Shown piece by piece: positions 9,524 to 20,960 of a stretch of DNA of 24,734 nucleotides (position 1 is its first letter; every line of letters begins with the position of its first letter). The stretch is from Tolypothrix carrinoi HA7290-LM1 (lineage in GTDB: Bacteria > Cyanobacteriota > Cyanobacteriia > Cyanobacteriales > Nostocaceae), in NCBI GenBank assembly GCA_019358935.1, contig JAHHIK010000121.1:1-24734 (forward strand), read 5' to 3'. Made by a program: the position numbers and the translations under genes. The notes beneath the pieces were generated by a model. That model was not told where the DNA came from. It ran no database searches and worked only from the letters and a program-made list of their open reading frames with translations.

Positions 9524-9857
9524 TGTTAGTTGATGGTTGTTAGTTGTTGGTTGTTAGTTGTTGGTGGTTGGTTGTTGGTTGGTGGTTGGTGGTTGGTGGT
9601 TGTTAGTTGGTGGTTGTTAGTTGTTGGTTGTTAGTTGGTGGTTGGTGGTTGTTGGTTGTTAGTTGGTGGTTGTTAGTTGATGGTTGTTAGTTGTTGGTTG
9701 TTAGTTGGTGGTTGGTGCGTTGGTGGTTGACACTTAACGGTTATCTACGCTTTCCATTAACCACTATCGACTAACCACTATCGACTATCAACTATCCACT
9801 ATCGACTATCAACTAACCACTATCCACTATCAACTATCCACTAACCACTAACCACTC
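9524..9857. repeat. Long heptamer STRR arrays in inverted arrangement
   Basis: GTTGTTA/GTTGGTG/GTTGTTG units at about 9524-9730, a short spacer, then CACTATC/GACTATC/CACTAAC units at about 9757-9857. Confidence 0.92.
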
Positions 9858-9861
9858 CCCC

Positions 9862-11040
9862 TTAGAAGAAATCTATCATCCAAGGGGAGGAACCTGCAAA
9901 GATTTGTGTAGCTGCATCAAGAGATGTTTCTGTACCTTGAAGTTTTCCGGATATTTGTAATTGCTGCGGTGTAAATAAACCTGTGTAAAGCGGTGCTAAT
10001 CCTTTGATGTCTAACTTGAACTCACCTTTTCCACCTTTTGTGACTTCGCCGCGTCCGTTGGCAACAGATAAGATAAATTTACCATTGTTTTGAGCTATTA
10101 AGTCATCTTCAACTTCTAAATGTAGTTCAGTTTGAATTTTCGTTGGATAACCTCGCTTTTCTAACGCTTTGACTGCATCTATGACGCGCAGCATCCAACG
10201 GCTGATATGCTTTATCTTGGCAGTTTGTTCTGGTAGTAGCAAACTTAGAGAGTCAACCGCTGAACTCCTCCAGCGTATCTTGTCAATTTGCGATCGATGG
10301 TTGGCAAGAAATGACCAAAAAGTTTGTGCAGCAGCAGTTGTCAAAACTACCCAATCCCGAATTCGCAGAATAGTACCATCCTTGTCTGCGTGTTGGCTGA
10401 AGATAATATAGCCTTGGGGTTGGTTTGCTTCCCCGAAAATATAAGCGTAGAGTGTTTGTTTTTCAAGTGGTTGGTTAACATCTTGCCACATGAACTGATT
10501 GCGGTCTAAGTATCCATTGTTCAGTCTTGCTTGCTTGTGGTATAAGTGATGAAATACTTCAAGATTGATCGGAACTACAGGTTTGACAGGTAACAACTGC
10601 TCTCGAACCTGGATAGTCTCAGCCGGAATTTCCCAAACGTAAGCACTACCAGCTTGCTCATATCCTGCTTTGCGATACAAGCGTTGAGTAGCTGGATAGA
10701 GTACGGAGATGGGTACACCATTGGCATAAAGTTCTTTGACGGTGTGCTGCATTAAAGCGATCGCACCTCCTGTCCCACGATATTCACAAGCAATGCCAAC
10801 TGCGGCAATTCCCGTCATTGGTACACTCACACCACCCCACCACTGAGACATCGGGATAAGCGCAAGTCCCCCAGCAATTTGCTCATTTTCATGGATGACG
10901 CGGAGATTTTCTACACCAACACGATTGAAGTAACTTTCGCTATCCTCAGTTGGACTGATAAAACACTGGTCAAGAATATTACCGAGCCGCTTAACATCTT
11001 CCGGATTGACATTCTGACTGTATTCAAATTGAGGCGTCAT
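9862..11040 (-). CDS. Eis-like GNAT acetyltransferase with C-terminal SCP2-like domain
   Basis: GIAAVGI..EYRGTG, SVLYPATQRLYRKAGYE, WMLRVID, C-terminal PWMIDFF. Confidence 0.92.
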   Translation of the reverse strand: MTPQFEYSQNVNPEDVKRLGNILDQCFISPTEDSESYFNRVGVENLRVIHENEQIAGGLALIPMSQWWGGVSVPMTGIAAVGIACEYRGTGGAIALMQHTVKELYANGVPISVLYPATQRLYRKAGYEQAGSAYVWEIPAETIQVREQLLPVKPVVPINLEVFHHLYHKQARLNNGYLDRNQFMWQDVNQPLEKQTLYAYIFGEANQPQGYIIFSQHADKDGTILRIRDWVVLTTAAAQTFWSFLANHRSQIDKIRWRSSAVDSLSLLLPEQTAKIKHISRWMLRVIDAVKALEKRGYPTKIQTELHLEVEDDLIAQNNGKFILSVANGRGEVTKGGKGEFKLDIKGLAPLYTGLFTPQQLQISGKLQGTETSLDAATQIFAGSSPWMIDFF

Positions 11041-11133
11041 ACAATTTTACCGCCTAGTAACATGCAATTACAAGCATACTACAGGAAGTGGTATTGCGAT
11101 CGCCAACAGCGATCGCATAACTAAGCGTGGGAA

Positions 11134-11583
11134 CTAATCTACATAATCCTTTATAAATTCCGATTTTTTATTATCATTTGAGGTGATTGGACGTTGACCA
11201 TCGATGTCAATCGTGTCAGAAACCTGAAAAGTACTTTTAGCGATCGGACGTTCACCATCGATATCGAAAGTATCCCCAACCACTAGATCGCTTGGGTCAA
11301 TTGGACGCTTGCCGTCTACGTCTAGGGTATCATGATTCTCAAAATCACTTTTACCAATTGGACGCTGACCATCTATTTCATAACTCTCACAAGAGCGAAA
11401 ATTACTCTTGCCAATTGGACGCTCACCATCTATGTCATAAGTATCCTCAACCTCAATATTACTTGGGTCAATTGGACGATGACCGTCTACGTCAAGTGTT
11501 TTAGGAGTTTCTTTCGCTTCGCGATTAGATAACTCAATATCTGTTGTATTCTCAGTTGAGTTATCTTTTTTTTTGTTATTCAT
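11134..11583 (-). CDS. Acidic repeat protein, 149 aa, with six 19-aa (D/E)(I/V)DGxRPI repeats
   Basis: ATG at 11583 preceded by GAAGGA. The repeats diverge at the nucleotide level but conserve the amino-acid motif. Confidence 0.8.
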   Translation of the reverse strand: MNNKKKDNSTENTTDIELSNREAKETPKTLDVDGHRPIDPSNIEVEDTYDIDGERPIGKSNFRSCESYEIDGQRPIGKSDFENHDTLDVDGKRPIDPSDLVVGDTFDIDGERPIAKSTFQVSDTIDIDGQRPITSNDNKKSEFIKDYVD

Positions 11584-12123
11584 ACTTTGGCTTATTCCTT
11601 CTTGTGGTTGTTCACTTATTAATAGCATCACCCAAGAGTTTTTTAATCCATAATTAGACAGCTTCTGGGCTATGCTAAAAGATTTTCTCAAGTAAAAAAA
11701 GAAAAATTTACTTTTATCTTTTACAGTACATTAATCCTCCACCAACTCAGCTTCAGTCGTTTAGCGTTTTTATACTAAGAAGTAATAAGTTATTTTACGT
11801 AATATTTATATTTTTCAATTTTTTCGGTTACAAACAATTTATTAGGACTTACGCACTTGACTGTGAGACAGTTACGTGTATCAACGGCACGCTCACTCAG
11901 TCTTCTTGGTTGAACTGACCAGAATACCGACAATTTTTTCCACATAATCCCAAAACTGCATAAATTGATTTTCCTTCCACCCATTAAAAATATAGAAGGA
12001 AAGCTCATTTATGCTTAACTTCTGTTGGGCAAATTAAGTAAGGCTTTACGCACACAATCAAAGCAAGTAAATGCGTAAGTTTTATTATGTATTCACTACA
12101 TCGGAAGAGGAGTTGCCATCATA

Positions 12124-14202
12124 GTGATACTACTTAAGCTAATATTAGTATTATTTTTTATAAGTATATTATACTTACTGCTAGCCTCAGGTAAGAAATT
12201 TAAGTTTTTCAACCTTACCCGACTAGTATCAAAGAATTCAAAAGCTATAACAATTGCGGTAATAGTTGTCGCAGCGGTTATAGGTGGACATACTGTGTCC
12301 GCGCAGATTGCACCTCCGGCTTCGCTCAAGGATGTGCAAGTTCCAAAGCCTCAGAATCTTGCAGTCTTTGTTAAGGACGAAGCAGCTGCGATTAAGCTAG
12401 GAAAATCCCTTTTTTGGGATATGCAGGTCGGTAGCGACGGTTTGCTGTCCTGTGCTAGTTGTCACTTTCATGCTGGAGCCGACAACAGATCCAAAAATCA
12501 GATAAATCCTGGGCTTTTGGTTACTTTGAACCCGGATACAACTTTTCAAGTTGGCGGGGCACCAAACTACCAGCTAAAGCCGGAAGATTATCCATTTCAC
12601 AAGCTGTCAGACCCGAATAACGCGGGCAGTACCGTTTTGTCTGACGCTAACGATGTTACCTCCTCCCAAGGAGCTTTCAATGCAGAGTTCGTTGATGTCG
12701 TTCCCGGTCAGGCAGAGGACACAGTAAACTTCAAGCCCGATCCGGTCTTTAACGTGGGAGGCACAAATGTGCGCCGAGTCGAGCCGCGCAACACTCCAAC
12801 TGTGATTAACGCGGTGTTCAACTTCCGCAACTTTTGGGATGGAAGAGCGCAGGACATCTTCAACGGCGTCAGTCCCTTCGGCTTAAGAGACCCCAATGCC
12901 CTTGTTGGAAGAGCAGACAACCCAGGTAAGCTAGAGCTGGTCAACATCGCCCAAGATCCGAATCTTAGGCTTAACAATTCGTCTTTAGCTTCTCAAGCGG
13001 TCGGTCCGCCACTCAGTTCCTTTGAGCAGTCGGCTGACGGTCGAACCTTTGCGGAAATTGGCGATAAGTTCGGAGATATCGACAAAAAATCCAGGAGCGC
13101 TTCTAAAGGCAAAAAGCTGCCGAGAAAACTGGCTAAGAAGCTAGTTCCGCTTCGTCCGTTAGGCAAGCAGTTAGTACACCCAGAAGACAGCGTTTTAGGT
13201 GCCGAAAGCAGAGGGTCTAAACCCGGTCTAAAAACGGCTACCTACGAAAAGTTGATTGAGGATGCTTTCAAATCAGAGTGGTGGAAGTCTAACCGCATGA
13301 TCCAAATTGATGCCAATGGTCAACGAACTATTGTCAAAAAGCCGGATAAATCCTTGGCTACCAATGAGTACACGCTGATGGAGTACAACTTCCCGCTGTT
13401 CTTCGGACTGTCGATTCAGATGTACGAGTCCACGCTCATCTCCGATGATACACCGTTTGACCGCAATGCCCTAACCGAGCAGCAGCAACGGGGTAAAGCC
13501 TTGTTTAATGACATCAGAAGAACTGGATGCGTCGGTTGCCATAGTGGAGTAGAATTTACTAGCGCTTCGGTTAGCAGCGTGAACCAACAAGGAAGAATTG
13601 CATCCTTGCCGTTAGGGAATGGTCAAACAGTCTTCTTTGACCAAGGTTTCTTTGGTATTGGTGTCAGACCTACCCAAGATGACCTTGGTGTGGGTGATAA
13701 CGACCCGTTCGGAAACCCGCTTTCTGAGGCGCGAGTGGCTCAACAAGGTAAATCCCAGCAGCTTCTTGGCGATCCGAATCTCACAGTCCCCTCAAATGGG
13801 ATAATAGCTGCGGACGCAAGCTTTAAGACTCCCGGACTCCGCAACGTGGAACTTACCGCTCCTTACTTTCACAACGGTGGGCAGTTGACTCTGCGGCAAG
13901 TGGTAGAATTCTACAATCGTGGTGGAGACTTCCGCCAGCGGAACGCCCTCGCTCCAATTACACCAACGTTAACCGAAGCGGAAAAAGATGACTTGGTAGC
14001 TTTCATGACAGCACTCACGGATGAGCGAGTCCGCTATGATAAAGCGCCCTTCGACCATCCGCAACTGTTCGTCCCCAACGGACATCCGGGTAACACTTCC
14101 TCCGTTACCAACGACGGCACCGGAAAAGCCACAGATAATCTGTTGGAAATTCCTGCTGTTGGTCGTAACGGTGGCACCCCGACCCCAAATTTCTTAGAGT
14201 AG
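12124..14202 (+). CDS. Large di-heme cytochrome c peroxidase / MauG-family protein
   Basis: Two CxxCH motifs (CASCH, CVGCH), [43 protein letters not shown]; hydrophobic N-terminus. The exact start is uncertain. Confidence 0.92.
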   Translation: MILLKLILVLFFISILYLLLASGKKFKFFNLTRLVSKNSKAITIAVIVVAAVIGGHTVSAQIAPPASLKDVQVPKPQNLAVFVKDEAAAIKLGKSLFWDMQVGSDGLLSCASCHFHAGADNRSKNQINPGLLVTLNPDTTFQVGGAPNYQLKPEDYPFHKLSDPNNAGSTVLSDANDVTSSQGAFNAEFVDVVPGQAEDTVNFKPDPVFNVGGTNVRRVEPRNTPTVINAVFNFRNFWDGRAQDIFNGVSPFGLRDPNALVGRADNPGKLELVNIAQDPNLRLNNSSLASQAVGPPLSSFEQSADGRTFAEIGDKFGDIDKKSRSASKGKKLPRKLAKKLVPLRPLGKQLVHPEDSVLGAESRGSKPGLKTATYEKLIEDAFKSEWWKSNRMIQIDANGQRTIVKKPDKSLATNEYTLMEYNFPLFFGLSIQMYESTLISDDTPFDRNALTEQQQRGKALFNDIRRTGCVGCHSGVEFTSASVSSVNQQGRIASLPLGNGQTVFFDQGFFGIGVRPTQDDLGVGDNDPFGNPLSEARVAQQGKSQQLLGDPNLTVPSNGIIAADASFKTPGLRNVELTAPYFHNGGQLTLRQVVEFYNRGGDFRQRNALAPITPTLTEAEKDDLVAFMTALTDERVRYDKAPFDHPQLFVPNGHPGNTSSVTNDGTGKATDNLLEIPAVGRNGGTPTPNFLE

Positions 14203-14223
14203 CGCTAATTAGCGCACAACTAT

Positions 14224-14256
14224 AGAAACCCGGTTTCTTTGAGAAACCGGGTTTCT
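14224..14256. terminator. Perfect 15-bp inverted repeat between convergent genes; likely bidirectional terminator or REP-like repeat
   Basis: AGAAACCCGGTTTCT-TTG-AGAAACCGGGTTTCT between the peroxidase stop (14202) and the ligA stop (14269). Confidence 0.7.
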
Positions 14257-14268
14257 TAGTGAGATTCA

Positions 14269-16317
<2,049 letters not shown>

Positions 16318-16399
16318 TTAAAAAATCCAAATTTTCATATTCGTTTCACTTTTAGCATTTTGCACAGCCTCTGACATCACCATTTAGGATAACCTCGTA

Positions 16400-16458
16400 A
16401 GTTCGTAGTGAGCGGTTTACCGCTCATAGCTTCGATTTTAAGGGATACCGCTTACTAC
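16400..16458. repeat. GTAG-type REP-like element
   Basis: GTTCGTAGTGAGCGGTTTACCGCTC is identical to the copies at about 20812 and 20862 and is closed by ..CTTACTAC. Confidence 0.7.
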
Positions 16459-16468
16459 ATTTTAACTT

Positions 16469-17836
16469 CTAACTCTTTAACGGAATTTGAATCACAAATT
16501 CTGTACCATTCCCCACAGATGAAATACATTGTAACGTTCCGCCGTGCTTCTCGGTGATAATTTGGTTGCTAATAGAAAGTCCTAATCCACTACCTTTACC
16601 TTCTGGTTTAGTTGTGAAAAAAGGTTGAAATATCTGGCTTTGCACTGACTCTGATATCCCCATTCCGTTGTCGGAAATTTGAATTGTTACTTGCTCTTTG
16701 TCTATGGTGGTGCGAATGCGAATTAGTCCGAATCTGCAAGAAGCCGTAGAAAACGTGTCTGTGTCTTTTATTGGTTCCTCAATCGCATCAATCGCATTTG
16801 AGATTAAATTCATAAACACTTGATTGAGTTGTACGGGGTAGCATTTTATTCTGGGCAAATTGCCATATTCTTTAATTACATTAATAGTGGGACGTTTGGG
16901 TAAAGCTTTAAAACGGTGCTGCAAAATCATTAAACTAGTTTCTAGCCCTTCATGAATATCAACAGCCTTTTTCTGTTCTCCATCCACCCGTGAAAAATTT
17001 CGTAGCGATTGCATGATTCCTTGAATGCGTTCAGTACCAAGTTTCATTGAAGAAATCACTTTCGGCAAATCTTGCAGTACATGCTCTAAATCCATCGCCT
17101 TAATGTTATCTTCAATTTCGTACCCAGGTGTGGGAAACTTTTTTTGGTAGAGCTTCACTAACTTAATTAAATCTTGGATGTAGTGGTCAGCGTGATATAA
17201 GTTAGTAGAAATAAAGCCGACGGGATTGTTAACTTCATGAGCCACGCCGGTAACTAGCTGCCCTAAAAAGGAGATTTTTTCAGTATGGACTAACTGCAAT
17301 TGAGTTTTTTTGAGTTCTTCTAAAGCTTGAGAAAGTTCAGCAGTGCGTTCTTTAACTCTTTGTTCTAATTGCTGTTTTTGTTCGTCTAACTCTAATTTTA
17401 GTTGTCGCAATTTTAAGTGTAATTTAATTCTGGCTAAAACTTCTTTTTGATTAAATGGCTTCGTAATGTAATCTACTGCTCCTAAACTTAGCCCTTTAAC
17501 TTTTTCTACGGAATCAGAAAGAGCAGTTATAAAAATAATCGGAATTTCTTGAGTAGATGGATTTGCTTGCAATCTCCGACAAGTTTCAAAACCATCTATT
17601 CCAGGCATCATTACATCTAGCAATATCAAATCAGGTGGATTATTTTTTACTTGCTCAATTCCACTGTTTCCGTCCATTTCAACTATAACTTCATAGCCAG
17701 CATTCTCTAAAGTAGCGTGAAGAACTTGTAGATTGGTTGGGCTATCATCAATAACTAATATTGTCTCAATATTATTGAGAGTGTTGCTTGTGCTTTCAGT
17801 TAAGAAGTCGTTTGTTTGGTTATGTAAATTAATCAT
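16469..17836 (-). CDS. Cytoplasmic hybrid kinase REC-HisKA-HATPase_c (module 1)
   Basis: ILVIDD, LLDVMMPG, DYITKPF; H-box AHEVNNP; N-box NLISNAIDA; DNGMG; FFTTKPEGKGSGLGL. Confidence 0.95.
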   Translation of the reverse strand: MINLHNQTNDFLTESTSNTLNNIETILVIDDSPTNLQVLHATLENAGYEVIVEMDGNSGIEQVKNNPPDLILLDVMMPGIDGFETCRRLQANPSTQEIPIIFITALSDSVEKVKGLSLGAVDYITKPFNQKEVLARIKLHLKLRQLKLELDEQKQQLEQRVKERTAELSQALEELKKTQLQLVHTEKISFLGQLVTGVAHEVNNPVGFISTNLYHADHYIQDLIKLVKLYQKKFPTPGYEIEDNIKAMDLEHVLQDLPKVISSMKLGTERIQGIMQSLRNFSRVDGEQKKAVDIHEGLETSLMILQHRFKALPKRPTINVIKEYGNLPRIKCYPVQLNQVFMNLISNAIDAIEEPIKDTDTFSTASCRFGLIRIRTTIDKEQVTIQISDNGMGISESVQSQIFQPFFTTKPEGKGSGLGLSISNQIITEKHGGTLQCISSVGNGTEFVIQIPLKS

Positions 17837-17874
17837 TGTAGTTTTTAATTTAGTTGCTTATTTTGATACTAATT

Positions 17875-18047
17875 TAACGTGAGTTCGTTCTTATTTGATT
17901 TGACCCCTCTGGTAAACCTCTCCCCGCTTGCCTAACGGCAGGCTGACGCCAACGGGGAGAGGCTTAAAATCTTTATTATTGCGTTGCTTCTTCCTCTCCT
18001 TATAGGAGAGGGAGGTTGGGTGGGAGAGGTCAGTCGAACTCACGTTA
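17875..18047. mobile_element. 173-bp MITE-like element with perfect 13-bp terminal inverted repeats and internal hairpins
   Basis: TAACGTGAGTTCG (17875) and CGAACTCACGTTA (18035-18047). Internal stems: CCTCTCCCCG..CGGGGAGAGG (enclosing an SDR-like unit) and CCTCTCCT..AGGAGAGG. Confidence 0.75.
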
Positions 18048-20619
18048 ATTTATATGATTTTGTAGAAACTCACGTATTTTTTTTATGTTAAAACTTTTGA
18101 CAAGTTGATTTAAGTGGTTAACAAAAGGTTTATAGTTTTCATCCATTTTGTAAATTTTTTCTAATTCTTTTTGAATTCCTTTGATTTGTCCTTTTTTTGC
18201 ATATTCTATGAGCATTGCCAAATCGTCAGCTGGTGGGACAATGATTTCACCTGTTGTTTCTGGTTTAGGCGATACTCCCGGAGAAAGTGCCTGATGCGAT
18301 CGCACTTTTTCTTTTTGCGCTTCTGCGTATATCCAACTCAGTTTTAAGTGCTTTGACAAAAGGCGATAAATTTCTGCTGCTTGCATCGGTTTTGCCAAAA
18401 AATCATCACCTACTGCTACTTTACTTTTTTGTCGGTTTATATCAAAAATACTCGCGGAATAAATAATAAATATTGTCTCTTGAAACTTTTGGTTTGTTCG
18501 CAGTTGCTTAAGCATTTCCCACCCATCGATTACAGGCATTTCTAAGTCAGATATAATCAAATCTGGATAATAAAGACTTGCTTTTTCTAACCCTTCTTCA
18601 CCGTTAGCGGCTTCAATTATAGTAAAACCCAAGGGTTCTAAAAGATTGACAATTACTGAGCGATTTTCCCAACTGTCATCGACAATCATAATTTTTTTTC
18701 TGGAACCAGAGTAACCAGTGATTCTCCCGCCACTTGTGATAGTATTACTCTCTGTCCAATTATCAGGTATTAAAAATTCTATTTCAAACTCAAATACACT
18801 ACCTACACCAAACTTACTTTTTACTTTAATGGAACTACCCATAAGTTCGACGATTTTCTGGCTAATAGCTAGTCCTAATCCTGTGCCTTCTGTTTGATGT
18901 GTGCTATCTCCTAGCTGTTCAAAGGGTAAGAATATCTTCTCTATTTGTGTAGGACTCATGCCAATGCCTGTATCTTGAATTTTAAATTTAATTTTGGTAA
19001 TTGGGAATGGGTAATGGGGAGGAGCCACTGCGTTGGACGGGTTCCCGGCAGACGCGCAAGTGGCGTTGGGGAGTGGGGAATGGGTAATGGGTAATGGGTA
19101 ATGGTGAATTGGGAGTTGGGAATTCTTCTTTTCTATTACCTATTACCGATTCGCTATTACCAATTCCCGATTCCCTATTACCCATTACCAATTCCCTATT
19201 ACCCATTACCAATTCCCTATTACCAATTACCTCTACTTGAAAAGTTACTCCTCCATTGTCGGTAAATTTAATCGCATTACCAAGTAAATTAATCAGGACT
19301 TGTCGCAGTCGCTTGTCGTCAGCAGTGACACCTGTTGGTAAATTTGCAGCAGGTTGGTAAATAAATTCGATGTTTTTTTCTTCAGCTTTCAAGCGACAAA
19401 TTTCTACAACTCCTTGTAGCAAAGAGGGTAGATAAAAATCTGTCGGTCGCAGTTCCATTTTGTGAGCTTCTATTTTAGAGATGTCTAAAATATCATTTAT
19501 TAATGTTAATAAATTTAAGCCACATGAGCGAATAATGCCGATGCCATGTTTTTCTTCTTCTGTTAGGGTTTTGGAGTTTTCTAGGATTTGAGCGTAGCCT
19601 AAAATGCCGTTAAGTGGGGTTCTCAATTCGTGGCTCATGTTTGCGAGAAATTCGCTCTTGGCATTATTGGCAATATCAACTGCTATTTTGGCTTCTTTTT
19701 GCTTTGATAAAAGGGTTGTTGTCTGGTGAATCAGTTGATTGAAATAAGCTGTTAATAATCCTACTTCATCAGTTTTAGTAATAGGTGTTTCCACATTTAA
19801 TTCTGGGGTTGCTTTTTGAGCAACATCAGTTAATGCTTTTAGAGGAGAAGCGATCGCCTTACTTATATACATAATAAAATAAGTAGCGATCGCTATCGAT
19901 ATAATAATACTTAGAAAAATAATTACTGTTCGGATAATTTCTGCATGAGCGAAAGCAATTTCAGCTTCCTCCTCTTTTTTATCGGCAGTTTCTATTATAA
20001 CTGCTAATTCATTCAAAAATTTCGTTTTCTTCACACTTATATTGCTATCTGTCAATACTAGCAATTTATTTGCTTTAAAAATATCTTCATGCTCTATATT
20101 TGCCGGGTCAATTTTATCCAAGGTAGCTTGTAAATCTTGGGCGAATTGTTCAAATGTGCCGTTATACTTTTTTAGGGATGTTATCGAAGAAGTTGACGCC
20201 GAGGAATTGAGAGAGGACAGCAATATCTTAACTTGAGCAATACGCTGAATCGCCGTTGTTTTTGCTTTCTGAAACTCTTTCGGTTTTCGCAGATAAGGAG
20301 CAAACTCTTTAACGGGTTCAAATTCTAAACTAGCCGATCGCAAGTTATACAAAAGCTTACGCTCTTTGCGAATACTCATTCTCTGCTTGTTAGCTGCCTG
20401 CTGGTAATAATTACCGATAGTTAATCCGCTAAGAGTGGAAGCAACGACAATGGTAAGAGCGATCGCATAGCCAATGCTAATCTTATTGCTAATACTGAGT
20501 CTGCTAATTACCTGACGCATCGCAGGCAAAAAGTTAAATAAAGCTACTTGCTTTCTTTGATCGGGATCGATAATCTGACGATCTAATTGAGTTGAGTCAT
20601 TGATTTTGGGAGGTCGCAT
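18045..20619 (-). pseudogene. Membrane hybrid histidine kinase (TM-sensor-TM-HAMP-HisKA-HATPase-REC), frameshifted into ORFs 18988..20619 and 18045..19028
   Basis: The first ORF has the H-box [14 protein letters not shown] and N-box [10 protein letters not shown]. The second has G1 DTGIG, G2 GTGLGL and a REC domain. The junction is a 232-nt (3n+1) repeat insert. Confidence 0.88.
18996..19227. repeat. Intragenic inverted STRR heptamer array with a nested 45-46-bp dispersed repeat
   Basis: TGGGTAA/TGGGGAG-type units (18995-19020, 19067-19122), a short loop, then 14 TATTACC/AATTCCC-type units (19134-19231). Nested GAGCCACTGCGTTGGACGGG..GCAAGTGGCGT at about 19021-19066. Confidence 0.93.
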
Positions 20620-20772
20620 GTATGTATATAATCAACAGTGGATGCATTATGAGTGCATTTTTTGAGGATGTTAACTATATAGTTCCCAAATGCAAGTTAA
20701 GAATTCACATATTTGTCAAGTTCTTAAACTGGTAAATTAAACGAGTAGCAGCACTGACCCAAATTAATCTGT

Positions 20773-20956
20773 TAAGTAAGTGCATGAAATTAAACGTAAA
20801 ATGTTTTCCTGGTTCGTAGTGAGCGGTTTACCGCTCGTTGCTAGCGTAAAATGTTTTCCTGGTTCGTAGTGAGCGGTTTACCGCTCGTTGAGTCGGGATT
20901 TTAACGGCTAAAGCCGTTACTACGTTAAGGAACGTTTATTTATGCACATTTACTTA
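20773..20956. mobile_element. TA-bounded MITE-like element containing REP-like palindromes and a 46-bp direct duplication
   Basis: TAAGTAAGTGCATGAAATTAAACGT vs ACGTTTATTTATGCACATTTACTTA (imperfect inverted ends). Identical 46-mers at 20795-20840 and 20845-20890. Confidence 0.7.
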
Positions 20957-20960
20957 CAAA

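Noticed and set aside
11056..11072. NtcA site (GTAACATGCAATTAC) upstream of the GNAT gene
   Set aside because: The spacing is GTA-N9-TAC rather than the canonical N8.
18996..19227. Intein or self-splicing intron in the kinase inserts
   Set aside because: The inserts are low-complexity heptamers, out of frame, with no intein termini or group I/II core motifs.
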